64,000 nucleotides of DNA from an uncultured Spirochaetota bacterium (GCA_963835575.1 CAWIGG010000003.1:64001-128000); one strand, 5' to 3'. Numbered from the stretch's first letter, positions 1-13,194 are shown. Numbers and translations are program-made. The notes: generated by a model from the sequence alone, not told the origin.

Positions 1-34
1 GCAATAAAGAAATCGTCGACGGATAAAACCGGCC

Positions 35-148
35 GCTCGCAATGACGGCTTTTGTGCTGAAATTCCGTGGCAGTAATCCCGTTCCCCCGTCCCCTCTCCA
101 GACTTGGAGAGGGGGGCCGAGCCCTGCGAGGCGGAGTGAGGCCTTCTC
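35..148. repeat. Cluster of palindromic repeat remnants
   Basis: GCTCGCAATGACGGC at 35-49 equals the right end of the 30710-30856 element. TTCCGTGGC at 63-71 matches the right-arm end at 55771-55779. Hairpin CCCCTCTCCA-gact-TGGAGAGGGG at 91-114 matches the core of the 24106-24185 element. Confidence 0.75.
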
Positions 149-251
149 TACTTTACTTTTCTCCAATCTTTCCTTAAAATAACTTATCCATTAAAAATTT
201 AATGACTAATGTCATTGGGGCTCAGTTAATAAGCTATATCGGGAGAACGGG

Positions 252-1100
252 ATGAATAAAAAAGACAGGCAGTATTTAGAAAGCGAAGCGGCCAAGCTCC
301 GGAGGGACATCATTCTGATGCTGGCCGAATCGAACAGCGGCCATCCGGGCGGTTCCCTGTCGGCCATCGATGTGATCGCCTATCTGTTTTTAAAGGTCAT
401 GAAATTCGACCCCGCCAACCCTTTATGGGAGGAACGGGACCGTTTCATCCTGTCCAAAGGCCACGCGGCCCCGGCGCTTTACGCGGTCCTGGCCGACGCC
501 GGCTATTTTTCCCGCAAGCTCCTTAAAACGCTCCGTAAGCTTGGCAGCCCCCTTCAGGGCCATCCGGACTCCAGGAAGCTCCCGGGAGTTGAAAGCTCCA
601 CAGGCTCCCTCGGCCAGGGCTTGTCCGTTGCCGGGGGCATAGCGCTCGCCGGGAAACTGGACAAGAAAAGCTATCATGTCTTTGTGCTCGCCGGGGACGG
701 GGAAATACAGGAGGGGCAGATCTGGGAAGCCGCTATGGCCATTCCCCATTACAAGCTGGACAACCTCTGCCTCTTTATCGATAATAACGGACTTCAGATA
801 GACGGCCTTGTCAGCGACGTGATGAATGTCGAACCTATTATCGATAAATTCAAGGCTTTTAACTGGAACACAATTGAGATCGACGGGCATAATTTCGAGG
901 AGATAGAAAAAGCAGTGGATTTTTTCCATTCTAATAATGAAAGCGGCAAACCCACCGCCGTTATATCCCATACGGTCAAGGGCAAATGCGTGTCCTTTAT
1001 GGAGCACAAAGCCGAATGGCATGGCGTCGCGCCTACAATGGAAGAGGCAAAAAAGGCTATTGAAGAACTGGGGTGCGTTGAGACCCTGGAAGACTGGTAG
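252..1100 (+). CDS. Transketolase, N-terminal (TPP-binding) subunit
   Basis: SGHPGGSLS, DRFILSKGH, LQGHP, GSLGQG and GDGE..EGQIWEA motifs; RBS GGGAG. Confidence 0.95.
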   Translation: MNKKDRQYLESEAAKLRRDIILMLAESNSGHPGGSLSAIDVIAYLFLKVMKFDPANPLWEERDRFILSKGHAAPALYAVLADAGYFSRKLLKTLRKLGSPLQGHPDSRKLPGVESSTGSLGQGLSVAGGIALAGKLDKKSYHVFVLAGDGEIQEGQIWEAAMAIPHYKLDNLCLFIDNNGLQIDGLVSDVMNVEPIIDKFKAFNWNTIEIDGHNFEEIEKAVDFFHSNNESGKPTAVISHTVKGKCVSFMEHKAEWHGVAPTMEEAKKAIEELGCVETLEDW

Positions 1101-1113
1101 GAGGAAATAAGCC

Positions 1114-2061
1114 ATGGCCAAAACAGAAATGCTCGCTTCACGCGATCTTTACGGCAAGACGCTTGTCGAACTGGGAAGGGAAAATAAAAACATCGTTGTT
1201 CTGGACGCCGATCTGTCCCAATCGACGAAGACCAATCTTTTCCAGAAGGAATTCCCGGACCGTTTTTTTAATATGGGCATAGCCGAGGCGAATATGATGG
1301 GCTTCGCGGCGGGCCTCGCCCTTTCGGGCAAGATCGTCTTTGCCAGCAGTTTCGCGATGTTCGCGACGCTCCGGCCGTACGAACAGATCCGCAACTCCAT
1401 CGCGGCGCAGAACCTGAACGTCAAGATCGTTGCCACCCATGCCGGGATATCCGTCGGGGAAGACGGCATGTCGCACCAGACGGTCGAGGATATCGCAGCC
1501 ATCAGGGCCATTCCCAACATGCAGATCTTTGTCCCGGCCGACGCCGTCTCCACCGTGCAGATCGTAAAAGAGGCCGTCCGTATAAACGGCCCTGTTTATA
1601 TCAGGCTGAACAGGCCGAAAACCCCTGTGATTTATGATGATAAATATTCTTTCCAGAAAGGAAAAGCCACGATCATCAAAGACGCCCCAAAGGCGGACGT
1701 CGCGTTAATCGCGGCGGGGCTGATGGTCAATGAGGCCATAAAAGCTTCCGAAATGCTCGAGGCCGAAGGTATTTCCACCATTGTCGCCGATTTCGCTTCC
1801 ATTAAACCCATTGACAGGGACGCGCTCATTAAGATCGCGAAGCTGTCGCGCCTGATCGTAACTGTCGAGGAGCATTCCATAATCGGCGGTCTGGGCGGGG
1901 CCGTCTGCGAGGTTTTATCGGAGGAATACCCGGTAAAGGTCCTCAGGATCGGCATTATGGACGTTTTCGGGGAATCGGGGACGCCCGCGGCCCTCTTTAA
2001 GCACTTCGGCCTTACCGCGGAGGATATCTGCAGAAAAATCCATAAGGAAAAACTATTATAA
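1114..2061 (+). CDS. Transketolase, C-terminal subunit
   Basis: LDADL, GIAEANM, GEDGMSHQ, GPVYIRL and VEEH motifs; RBS GGAGG; adjacent to the N-terminal subunit. Confidence 0.95.
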   Translation: MAKTEMLASRDLYGKTLVELGRENKNIVVLDADLSQSTKTNLFQKEFPDRFFNMGIAEANMMGFAAGLALSGKIVFASSFAMFATLRPYEQIRNSIAAQNLNVKIVATHAGISVGEDGMSHQTVEDIAAIRAIPNMQIFVPADAVSTVQIVKEAVRINGPVYIRLNRPKTPVIYDDKYSFQKGKATIIKDAPKADVALIAAGLMVNEAIKASEMLEAEGISTIVADFASIKPIDRDALIKIAKLSRLIVTVEEHSIIGGLGGAVCEVLSEEYPVKVLRIGIMDVFGESGTPAALFKHFGLTAEDICRKIHKEKLL

Positions 2062-2145
2062 AAATTAATAAACCGGTTCATTTTTATTCAGGACGGTCCC
2101 GGTAATAACCGTAATTAAGTTAATTCCATAAAAACAGGGGGGATT

Positions 2146-3708
2146 ATGGCTAAAGGTCGGAATAAGTTTTTTCTCATCAGGATTCTTGAGCTTCTCACCC
2201 GGAGGATCAAGACCAAGGTCATCTTTTTCGAAGTGTTCATTATACTGTTCATTTCCGTTTTAATCGGGGTGATCATCACTTTTTATATGAGCCAGACGCT
2301 GACGGAAAAAGCGCACCAATTTTCCGAAAGGATCGTGCGCGATCTCGCCAAGTCAATCGAGTATAATTATGATTCCATGCCGGCTGTCGGCGAAGACGTG
2401 AATTCGTACAACGGCAGCGAAGGGATCATGTACCTGGGCTACCATGGGTATATTCTTTCGAAAAAAGTGGCCAAACCTTCAAAAGTCCATATCTTCATCG
2501 GCCAGGATATTCAGGACAAATCGGCCCAGGAACTCGATCCCATTTTTAAGGAATTGAGCGGGTTTCAGATGAGTAAAGAAACAGCGGCTTACAGCAGGGA
2601 ATTCGGGACAGTCGTCGCGGATTTCGCCGTGAATACATGGAATAATATTGTTTTCAATGTCAGAAAAAATATATTGAAGGAAAAAATTCCCGGGCAGTCC
2701 GCCCAGGTCAGGAAAGAACTGCAGTATTTCGAGTATTATATGCCCGTTGTCGTGAAAACCGGCGCCACAACCAATAAAAAGATCGGCAATATTGTCATGC
2801 GCTATTCCGTTTCGATCATAAAAAGCGAGATCGAACGGATGGCCCTTTTGATAGAGATCATTACCGGCGTGTTCATCATAATCGGGGTTTATCTCTCCGT
2901 CAGGGGCGCAAACGGTATAGTCAGGCCCATTACAAGGCTGACGGATATCGTAAAAAAATTCGGCGAAGGCGATCTGACGGTCCGCGCCAATATGCCTGTC
3001 AAGGACGAGATCGGCACTCTTGCCAAAACATTTGACGAAATGATGGTCTCGATACGGGAAAAGCTGGAAATGCAGAAATTTGTTTCGGATTCAACCGTTA
3101 AAATGATTAAAAAGAGCGTAAACGAGAACCAGCCCAGCCATGATAAGGAAAAGCATACCGAAAGAAAGCAGGTTACGCTTTTCTTCTCTGATATCCGCGG
3201 CTTTACCGCCATGAGCGAGAAAATGGACCCTCAGGACGTTGTCAACATCCTGAATGAGTATCTTGACGTTCAAAGCAATATCATCAAAGTATTCAAGGGA
3301 GATATCGATAAATTTGTCGGGGATGAAATAGTCGCCATATTTGAATCCGGCACAATGTGCGTCGACGCGGTCAGCGCCGCCATTGAGGCGCAGAGGAAGA
3401 TCGCCGGGCTGAACCGCGACAGGATACAAAAAGGTCTGGCCCCCGTTCAAATAGGCATCGGGATCAACACGGGCGAAGTCGTTATGGGAAGCATCGGCTC
3501 TCACGAAAGGATGGACTTTACCGTTATCGGCGATAACGTCAATCTTGCCGCGCGGCTCTGCGGAGCGGCCATACCCGGGGAAATCATCATTTCAAAAAGA
3601 GTTTATGACAAGCTCGATAAAAACACTCAAAAGCTGATCCGGCCCTTAAGGCCGATCCATGTAAAGGGAAAAGTGAAACCCATTGAGGTGTACCGAGTTG
3701 AGTACTGA
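2146..3708 (+). CDS. Membrane-bound class III adenylate/guanylate cyclase with HAMP domain
   Basis: Two TM segments; HAMP (DEIGTLAKTFDEM); FSDIRGFT, IDKFVGDEI, GIGINTG and GDNVNLAARL catalytic motifs. Confidence 0.93.
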   Translation: MAKGRNKFFLIRILELLTRRIKTKVIFFEVFIILFISVLIGVIITFYMSQTLTEKAHQFSERIVRDLAKSIEYNYDSMPAVGEDVNSYNGSEGIMYLGYHGYILSKKVAKPSKVHIFIGQDIQDKSAQELDPIFKELSGFQMSKETAAYSREFGTVVADFAVNTWNNIVFNVRKNILKEKIPGQSAQVRKELQYFEYYMPVVVKTGATTNKKIGNIVMRYSVSIIKSEIERMALLIEIITGVFIIIGVYLSVRGANGIVRPITRLTDIVKKFGEGDLTVRANMPVKDEIGTLAKTFDEMMVSIREKLEMQKFVSDSTVKMIKKSVNENQPSHDKEKHTERKQVTLFFSDIRGFTAMSEKMDPQDVVNILNEYLDVQSNIIKVFKGDIDKFVGDEIVAIFESGTMCVDAVSAAIEAQRKIAGLNRDRIQKGLAPVQIGIGINTGEVVMGSIGSHERMDFTVIGDNVNLAARLCGAAIPGEIIISKRVYDKLDKNTQKLIRPLRPIHVKGKVKPIEVYRVEY

Positions 3709-4127
3709 TTTTCTCTCTCATAATGTTGAGGAGACTTTGTCCTTCGCCCGGCGTCTGGCGGAAAAAGAGTTTGAAAAAGGAAGCGTTATTCTACTGAAGG
3801 GAAGCGTCGGCGCCGGTAAAACGTCTTTTGTACGGGGCTTTGTCTCGGGCATGGGACCTGGAAGGCCTTGTCACCAGTCCGACTTTCACGCTGATGAATG
3901 AATATAGAAACGAGAGGGTCTGGGTCTGCCATTTTGATTTTTACAGGCTGTCCGGCCCGGATGAGATCAGACAGCTCGGGATTGAAGATTATCTTTCACA
4001 ATGTGATTATTCTCTTATTGAATGGCCGGACCTGGGAGAACCCCTTTTTAATTTTAAAACAATCAAAATCAGTATAACGATGAGGAATAATGAAAATGAA
4101 AGGCGCTTTAAAATCATCCGGCCGTAA
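3698..4127 (+). CDS. tsaE: tRNA threonylcarbamoyladenosine biosynthesis ATPase TsaE, split by an apparent 1-nt insertion at about 3853-3855
   Basis: GSVGAGKTSFVRG in the 3683 frame; VTSPTF, HFDFYRL and LIEWP in the 3828 frame. Removing one G from ATGGGAC joins the frames. Likely TTG start at 3698. Confidence 0.88.
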
Positions 4128-4225
4128 GGATTGATTTTTTAAAAAGGAAGAATTTTTCTGAAATAAAGATTCATTGATAACCCGATGTTCCACACGGGTA
4201 ATCACGGACAGGCTTACTTGTGCTG

Positions 4226-4384
4226 ATCCGATGCTTCACACGGATAACGCAGATTTTACGGATTAACACGGATATTTCAGGAAAGGTTTAACGAGGATAG
4301 GAAACGGAAACCGTGAAGCAAAACATTTATAAAAAAATCCGTGAGAATCCGTGTCATCCGCGTAATCCGTGTGATGAATCGGAT
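4226..4384. repeat. Tandem-inverted-repeat element (CACGGAT type)
   Basis: Left arm 4226-4273 atccgatgcttcacacggataacgcagattttacggattaacacggat. Right arm 4337-4384 reverse-complements to atccgattcatcacacggattacgcggatgacacggattctcacggat. Confidence 0.9.
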
Positions 4385-4433
4385 ATTATAAAAAAGACTG
4401 TAGAATTAAAAACTTTTCGATGAGGAGGAGTGT

Positions 4434-5315
4434 ATGGAAAAAATTCAGCTGGGCGTCATCGGCGGAACCGGGGTTTATGAGCTCAAAAATATCAAGGTCC
4501 TGGAAGAAAGGACAATGGAAACCCCTTTCGGTAAGCCTTCGGATAAAATAACAATAGCCCTTGTCGGACAGAGAAAAGCCGCTTTTATCCCCCGCCATGG
4601 CAAAGGCCACCGGTTTATGCCGACGGAAGTGCCGGTCAAAGCCAATATCTATGCCCTTAAATCGCTGGGAGTTGAGAAAGTGATATCCATCAGCGCCGTG
4701 GGAAGCCTGAAAGAGGAAATCCGCCCGACCGATATCGTCCTGCCTGCACAAATCATCGATAAAACCAAATCAAGGGACCTGACGTATTTCGGGAACGGCG
4801 TTGTCGGCCATATTTCATTTGCCGATCCCTACTGCAATAATTTCCGTTCTGAAATAAAAATAATTATTGAAAAATTCTTGAAGGAAAAAAAGCTCGATAA
4901 AAAGCTCTTCACGGAGGAAACCTATGTCTGCATGGAAGGGCCGCAGTTTTCCACCCGCGCGGAATCCAACCTTCACAGGAGCTGGGGCGCCGGCGTCATC
5001 GGCATGACAGCCCTGCCGGAGGCCAAACTCGCCCGCGAGGCGGAAATGTGCTACGCGATGATCGCCCTCTCTACGGACTACGACTGCTGGAGGGAAAACG
5101 AGGAAGCGGTGGGCATTTCCATGGTCCTGGAATATATGAAAGAGAATAACAAGACGGTCAATGACCTTCTGCCGCTGATACTGGAGAATGTCCCCCTGGG
5201 CGATGAGTGCTCATGCCGGACGGCCGCGCAGTATGCGATCATGACCCCGAAGGAAATAATACCGGAGGAGACAAAGAAGAGGCTTGACCTTTTTTACGGG
5301 AAATACTGGAAATAG
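4434..5315 (+). CDS. mtnP: S-methyl-5'-thioadenosine phosphorylase
   Basis: GVIGGTG, PRHG, SAVGSL, EGPQFSTRAES, GMT..PEAKLARE and TDYDCW motifs; RBS GAGGAG. Confidence 0.93.
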   Translation: MEKIQLGVIGGTGVYELKNIKVLEERTMETPFGKPSDKITIALVGQRKAAFIPRHGKGHRFMPTEVPVKANIYALKSLGVEKVISISAVGSLKEEIRPTDIVLPAQIIDKTKSRDLTYFGNGVVGHISFADPYCNNFRSEIKIIIEKFLKEKKLDKKLFTEETYVCMEGPQFSTRAESNLHRSWGAGVIGMTALPEAKLAREAEMCYAMIALSTDYDCWRENEEAVGISMVLEYMKENNKTVNDLLPLILENVPLGDECSCRTAAQYAIMTPKEIIPEETKKRLDLFYGKYWK

Positions 5316-5392
5316 TAATATATTGAATATGGTAAAAGAGATAAAGAATAATTTGCAAACATATGTTTCGATTGGTTGGCTGCGAGAAAATC

Positions 5393-5555
5393 ACCACGAA
5401 GGCCACGAAGTACACGAAGTTTTTTACTAATAATAATTAATTTTTATAAATACGATTAGAAAAATTAATTATTAAAAACATTTAAAAAGGAGTGTTAACT
5501 CAAAATTTAAAAATATTTCAATTTATTTCTTCGTGTTCTTCGTGCACTTCGTGGT
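5393..5555. repeat. Tandem-inverted-repeat element (CACGAAG 9-mer type)
   Basis: Left accacgaaggccacgaagtacacgaag (5393-5419); right cttcgtgttcttcgtgcacttcgtggt (5529-5555); AT-rich spacer. Confidence 0.9.
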
Positions 5556-5615
5556 TTAAAACATAGCCTGAAAGGCAAATCCATCGATACAAATAGTTCC
5601 AAATCATAAGATTGA

Positions 5616-8757
<3,142 letters not shown>

Positions 8758-8758
<1 letters not shown>

Positions 8759-8830
8759 TCAGCTATCAGCTATCAGCTATTAGCTATTGGCTAACGGCTA
8801 ACGGCTAACGGCTAACGGCTAACGGCTGAT
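8758..8830. repeat. Heptamer tandem array with two inverted halves
   Basis: (ATCAGCT)x3, ATTAGCT, ATTGGCT, (AACGGCT)x5, GAT; outer ends gatataatcagc and gctgatatatc are nearly complementary. Confidence 0.9.
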
Positions 8831-8866
8831 ATATCAAGTGAGAAGCGGCAAAAATAAGATTCGGGC

Positions 8867-8899
8867 ATAAATAAAGGGGCGGCAGGAATGCCGCCCCTT
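8867..8899 (-). terminator. Rho-independent terminator of the ECF operon
   Basis: 11-bp stem AAGGGGCGGCA/TGCCGCCCCTT (8874-8899) followed by a T-rich tail on the minus strand. Confidence 0.75.
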
Positions 8900-8930
8900 C
8901 TGGATGGGAGGGTATCGTATCGTAAGGAGT

Positions 8931-9275
8931 TTACTTTTTAACTTTTACCGGTGCAGCAGCAATATTGATGCTTAATGCAAGTTTCTTGCTGTCAGCATTT
9001 TTATACTTGATAACTGCCGTGTCTCCGGCTTTAATATCAGCCAGGGTTTTTACATCCTTGCCGATCTTGATCTTTGTGTTGGTGTCTGTGTCTACTACTG
9101 TGTCCGTTTTCTTTACACTGACGGTAATGGTGTTCGCTGTTGTGTCAACAGAAACAACCTTTCCCTGCAATTTAAAAACGGATTCCTTGACTACTTTCTT
9201 TGTTGCGCTGAATCCCGCAGCTGTTACTGCCGCAACGAGAAACAGAGCAGTAATAAGAGCTAAACTTCTTTTCAT
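8931..9275 (-). CDS. Small exported Lys/Thr-rich beta protein (DUF5666-like OB fold)
   Basis: Signal peptide; GKVVSVD...TITV...TKI...LADIKAGD.A.IKY pattern; RBS AGGAGG. Confidence 0.65.
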   Translation of the reverse strand: MKRSLALITALFLVAAVTAAGFSATKKVVKESVFKLQGKVVSVDTTANTITVSVKKTDTVVDTDTNTKIKIGKDVKTLADIKAGDTAVIKYKNADSKKLALSINIAAAPVKVKK

Positions 9276-9360
9276 ATTCTTCCTCCTTTAAAATTCAATG
9301 AAAAAATATCCCCCTTTACTAATACCCTTACCCTCCGGGAAATACCCATATTATTTATCT

Positions 9361-9822
9361 TTATAAAGTTGATCCATTATCATCATTAATCCCATCATCA
9401 CTCGAATTCATGTCTTCTTCCGGAAGTTCCTCAACAACAAATTCATAATCCGATATATCCCTCTGGCTGGCATGGACTGTCGCTTTCCATAATCCTTTTT
9501 CCTCATCCAGAACCATTGGTATCCTTTCTTTATCTTTATTGAAAGTACCGACAACATGGACTGTTTTTTCTGTCCCTGAATCCGGATAGACAAAAACCAT
9601 CTTGATGGGTTTATTCTGTACCGCGGTAAATAAAACAATAAATCCCGCCAATAAACAAACAGACACTGCGCTTATCATTTTAAACCATTTCAGCATGATA
9701 AAGCTTTTGTATATTCTATTTTCTATACCGGCAATAATTTTGTCTTTCAAACGCTCAGGCGCTTTAATGGAAAACCATTCCCTGTCTTTTTCCATCAGCC
9801 TGAATAAACTGCTTCTCATCAT
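9361..9822 (-). CDS. Putative anti-sigma factor with one TM helix and a CBM48-like (glycogen-binding type) domain
   Basis: Overlaps the stop of the ECF sigma gene; single TM; V.VVGTFN...IPM...GLW.ATV...YEFVV pattern. Confidence 0.65.
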   Translation of the reverse strand: MMRSSLFRLMEKDREWFSIKAPERLKDKIIAGIENRIYKSFIMLKWFKMISAVSVCLLAGFIVLFTAVQNKPIKMVFVYPDSGTEKTVHVVGTFNKDKERIPMVLDEEKGLWKATVHASQRDISDYEFVVEELPEEDMNSSDDGINDDNGSTL

Positions 9823-10358
9823 ATGAGAGCCTCCTTTCCCAGCAATCCCGAAAGCTTTTCCTTTGCCCTGAAAAGCCTGATCTTCACATTTTCCTCGCTG
9901 AGCTGAAAAGTTTCCGCTATTTCCTTAATACTCCAGTCTTCATTATATTTTAAAAAAACAAGACTCTTATCAGGTTCATTCAATTGCTCGATTGCCTCAA
10001 AAAGGACCACCTTTTCCTCGGTCCTGATATGATCTTTCTTATCAAACGCGATATTTTGAACGAATTCCTCGTCAATCCCGACTTTACTGTACTTCTTTTT
10101 TTTTCTTAAAAAAGTCATTATTAAATTCATTTCAATGGTATAAAGCCAGCTGAAAAACTTCCTTTTTTCATCAAACTTTTTAATATAAGTAAAAACTCTC
10201 CAGAAAACTTCCTGCGTGATATCCTCGGCGTCAGCCCTGTTTCTTAAATGATAATAAGCGAAAGAGAAAATCTTTCTATTGTAAAGCTCTACCAGTTCGC
10301 TGAAAGCCTCAAAATCACCCTTTTTCACTAAGCCTATCAATTCCTTTTCATCCATCAC
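9819..10358 (-). CDS. ECF-type RNA polymerase sigma factor
   Basis: GDFEAFSELV, DAEDITQEVF and FFSWLY (region 2); SIKEIAE...VKIRLFRAK (region 4). Confidence 0.93.
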   Translation of the reverse strand: MMDEKELIGLVKKGDFEAFSELVELYNRKIFSFAYYHLRNRADAEDITQEVFWRVFTYIKKFDEKRKFFSWLYTIEMNLIMTFLRKKKKYSKVGIDEEFVQNIAFDKKDHIRTEEKVVLFEAIEQLNEPDKSLVFLKYNEDWSIKEIAETFQLSEENVKIRLFRAKEKLSGLLGKEALI

Positions 10359-10513
10359 TGCTCCCTTAAACTATAAGTACAATCTACGATACCTTACTAC
10401 ATCTTATATATAATATACTAATGATTTCCCGAAAAGGTTACAAAAAATCAATTATTTTTTTGTGAATATTTCATATTATCATTATAATAATTGCCCGAAA
10501 AAAAGAGGTTTAA

Positions 10514-11485
10514 ATGAAGTTAGAAATAAACTCTTATGTTCATCCCGTTAAAATAGACGGCATAACAATACCAAATAACCTCTGGCTGGCCCCGCTCGCG
10601 GGATATTCCAGCAAGGCGCTCCGCCTGATTGCCGGGCAATTCGGCGCCGGATACGCCGAAACAGAGATGATCAGCGTAGAAGGCCTTTTCCGTAAGAATA
10701 AGAGAACCTGGCAATATCTGGATATAAAAGATGAACCCTTTACAACCGTACAGCTTTTCGGGAAAAATGAGCCCAAGAAATTTTATGAAGTATCCCGGCT
10801 CCTTCAGGAAAGGCTGAATGTAAAGATAATCGATATTAATTTCGGCTGCCCGGTCAGGAAGGTGGTCAGGTCCGAAGCGGGGTCTTTCCTGTTAAAAACC
10901 CCGCAATTGATGTCTGATATTGTAAAATCGCTTAAAGACAGCGGCGTTATTGTATCGGCCAAGATCCGCTCGGGTTTTGACAGGATAAATCTGGATGAAA
11001 CAATTCCTGTTCTGGAAAAGGCCGGCGCGGATATCATCATTCTTCATCCCAGGCTCGCGATCCAGTTTTATAATGGAAAGGCAGACTGGGACCAGATACG
11101 GAACGCCAGGCAGATGACAGATAAAATACTGATAGCCAGCGGAGACATTACCACGCCTGAACTGGCAAAAGAAGCGCTGGACCGGACAAAAGCCGACGGC
11201 ATCATGATCGGGCGGCAGGCAGTCGGTTCCCCTTATATTTTTAAACAGATTATTGATTATTTTAATAACGGGAAATATGACTCTTATACCCTTAAGGATA
11301 TTAAGGATATTATGCTGAAGTTTGCCGGAATTTTCAATCAAATCCAGAAGAAAGATAACATTACCGCGATCAGGGCGGCTTTAATACAGTATGTTAAAAA
11401 TTATAAAAATTCAAAAGAAATCCGGCACAGGATTTCTCAGATTTCTTCCTATAAAGAATTAAATGAAGTCCTGAAAGACTGGTGA
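10514..11485 (+). CDS. dusB: tRNA-dihydrouridine synthase (DusB-like)
   Basis: LAPLAG, ETEMIS, VQLFG, IDINFGCP, KIRSG, GKADW and GIMIGR motifs. Confidence 0.88.
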   Translation: MKLEINSYVHPVKIDGITIPNNLWLAPLAGYSSKALRLIAGQFGAGYAETEMISVEGLFRKNKRTWQYLDIKDEPFTTVQLFGKNEPKKFYEVSRLLQERLNVKIIDINFGCPVRKVVRSEAGSFLLKTPQLMSDIVKSLKDSGVIVSAKIRSGFDRINLDETIPVLEKAGADIIILHPRLAIQFYNGKADWDQIRNARQMTDKILIASGDITTPELAKEALDRTKADGIMIGRQAVGSPYIFKQIIDYFNNGKYDSYTLKDIKDIMLKFAGIFNQIQKKDNITAIRAALIQYVKNYKNSKEIRHRISQISSYKELNEVLKDW

Positions 11486-11568
11486 ATGCTCATAATTGAA
11501 TAATTTGATAATTTTCCCAATATAATTTATATTAATTGTTCAAATATTAATGAGGAGGATCATTTATC

Positions 11569-13131
11569 ATGAAAAAATTATATTTAATAGGATTACTGGC
11601 TATTGCCGCAGCTTTGTTTCTTAACGCGTGCTCCAAAGACGGTTCAGTCGTTGCCACATACAGCGATGGAATAAAAACATATTCCATAAAAGTGGGAGAC
11701 ATTAAAAAAGATCTGCTTTCCTATGTCAGTTATAACCCATCAATCATTTCAAATAGCGACTGGCATAAAGACTTTGTTTTTGACAGATATATCGCGCGGG
11801 AAATTGTTTATCAGGAAAAAATCAAAACAGATTATACAAATTCACAGGATTTTAAAAAAGATTTTGATTCTGAATATCAAAAAAACCTTCTTGTGCTCCA
11901 ATTCCGTAAAGGACAGGAAATTCTCAATAATCAGGCTAAAAACGGTAAATATGAGGTCGTTAATCCGGCCCATATTCTTATTTTGACAAGCCAGTTCACA
12001 AACATCAGCCGCGCTGTCGTCAGTTATACAAATATAAACGGCAAAAAGCAGGCGCTGACAAACTGGCAGCAGGAACAGCAGAAAATTTCCGACAAGGATT
12101 TTGCCGCTATTCTTAAAACAAAAGAACTTGTCGCACTTAATATCATCGAAAATATTAAAAAAGCGAATGATAAAGAAAAAGAATTTATAAAGATCGCTTC
12201 AAATATGTCCGAGGATTATGCCACATCCCGCGTCGGCGGCGATATCGGCTTTATCCCGAAAGGCTATATGATCAAAGAATATGAGGACGCTGCGTTCGCG
12301 GCAAAAACCAAAGGTTTAATGGAAAAACCTGTTTTAACCAGTTACGGCTATTATATCATTTATATCAAATCGCCCGTTCAGCAGAAAAGCCTTGGAGAAA
12401 TTGAAAGCGCAAGCGGCAAGGAAAGTTTTAAAAGAATGGAATCGTTTTTCAATAATTCTTTCCAGGATAAGATAAAAAAAGAAAATATTAAAGAAGACTT
12501 TACCGTTGACTATACAAATAAAATGGTTACGGTAAACGGGAAGTTATATAAGCCGGCTAACCTGACGGATGATCTGGTTTTATTTGAAATGTTCGGACAG
12601 AAAAAAAACTGGAAAGACTGCAAAGATATTATATTACTCTATGTCCCTGATTTTAATACCAATCTTACAATCGAAAGTTTCATGCTCCAGATGCAGAATT
12701 ATAAGAATTTTGTGTTCATGATGGAAATTGCAAAAAAGAACAACGCCGAAAAAACCAAATCCTTTGCGGATGACCTCCAGCAAGCGAAGGAAAGTTTAAC
12801 AAAGAAACTTGTTGTACAGACTTTTGAAAAAGAACTGCAGGCGCAGGTTAATGCGGCTTTAACGCCTCAAGTTATAAAGGAATTTTATGATAAGAATAAA
12901 GCCAATTACTTCAATAATGTTAACGGGAAAAAAGTCCAGTTGAGTTTTAAAGATGCGCAATCCAGGATTTCCGATGAGTTAAAGGGACAGTATTTCAGGG
13001 AATTTTATAATCAATGGAAGGATGGGGCCAGGACAAGGACCAAAGTTTCTTTCAATGACAACGGTCTGAAGGATCTTTACGGCCTTGAAACAGCGGAATA
13101 TCAAAAGGTAAAAGGACCTCAGAAAAAATAA
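11569..13131 (+). CDS. Parvulin-type peptidyl-prolyl isomerase lipoprotein (PrsA/SurA-like)
   Basis: Lipobox LNA-C; AHILI, SED..T...GGDIGF, EYEDAAF and PVLTSYGYYII rotamase motifs. Confidence 0.85.
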   Translation: MKKLYLIGLLAIAAALFLNACSKDGSVVATYSDGIKTYSIKVGDIKKDLLSYVSYNPSIISNSDWHKDFVFDRYIAREIVYQEKIKTDYTNSQDFKKDFDSEYQKNLLVLQFRKGQEILNNQAKNGKYEVVNPAHILILTSQFTNISRAVVSYTNINGKKQALTNWQQEQQKISDKDFAAILKTKELVALNIIENIKKANDKEKEFIKIASNMSEDYATSRVGGDIGFIPKGYMIKEYEDAAFAAKTKGLMEKPVLTSYGYYIIYIKSPVQQKSLGEIESASGKESFKRMESFFNNSFQDKIKKENIKEDFTVDYTNKMVTVNGKLYKPANLTDDLVLFEMFGQKKNWKDCKDIILLYVPDFNTNLTIESFMLQMQNYKNFVFMMEIAKKNNAEKTKSFADDLQQAKESLTKKLVVQTFEKELQAQVNAALTPQVIKEFYDKNKANYFNNVNGKKVQLSFKDAQSRISDELKGQYFREFYNQWKDGARTRTKVSFNDNGLKDLYGLETAEYQKVKGPQKK

Positions 13132-13160
13132 TTCCAGTTATGATTAGAAAATATGAATTA

Positions 13161-13193
13161 AGGGGCTTTTTCAATAGAAAAAGCCCTTTTTTT
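13161..13193. terminator. Terminator between convergent genes
   Basis: GGGCTTTTTC-aata-GAAAAAGCCC stem followed by a T run. Confidence 0.8.
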
Positions 13194-13194
13194 A

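Noticed and set aside
3841..3870. Programmed ribosomal frameshift in tsaE
   Set aside because: No slippery heptamer or stimulatory structure seen; a single-base error explains it.
5420..5528. LL..INF...KRSVN trace in the spacer as a GxxExxY relic
   Set aside because: The sequence is so AT-rich that I, N, F, K and L arise by chance; not supportable alone.
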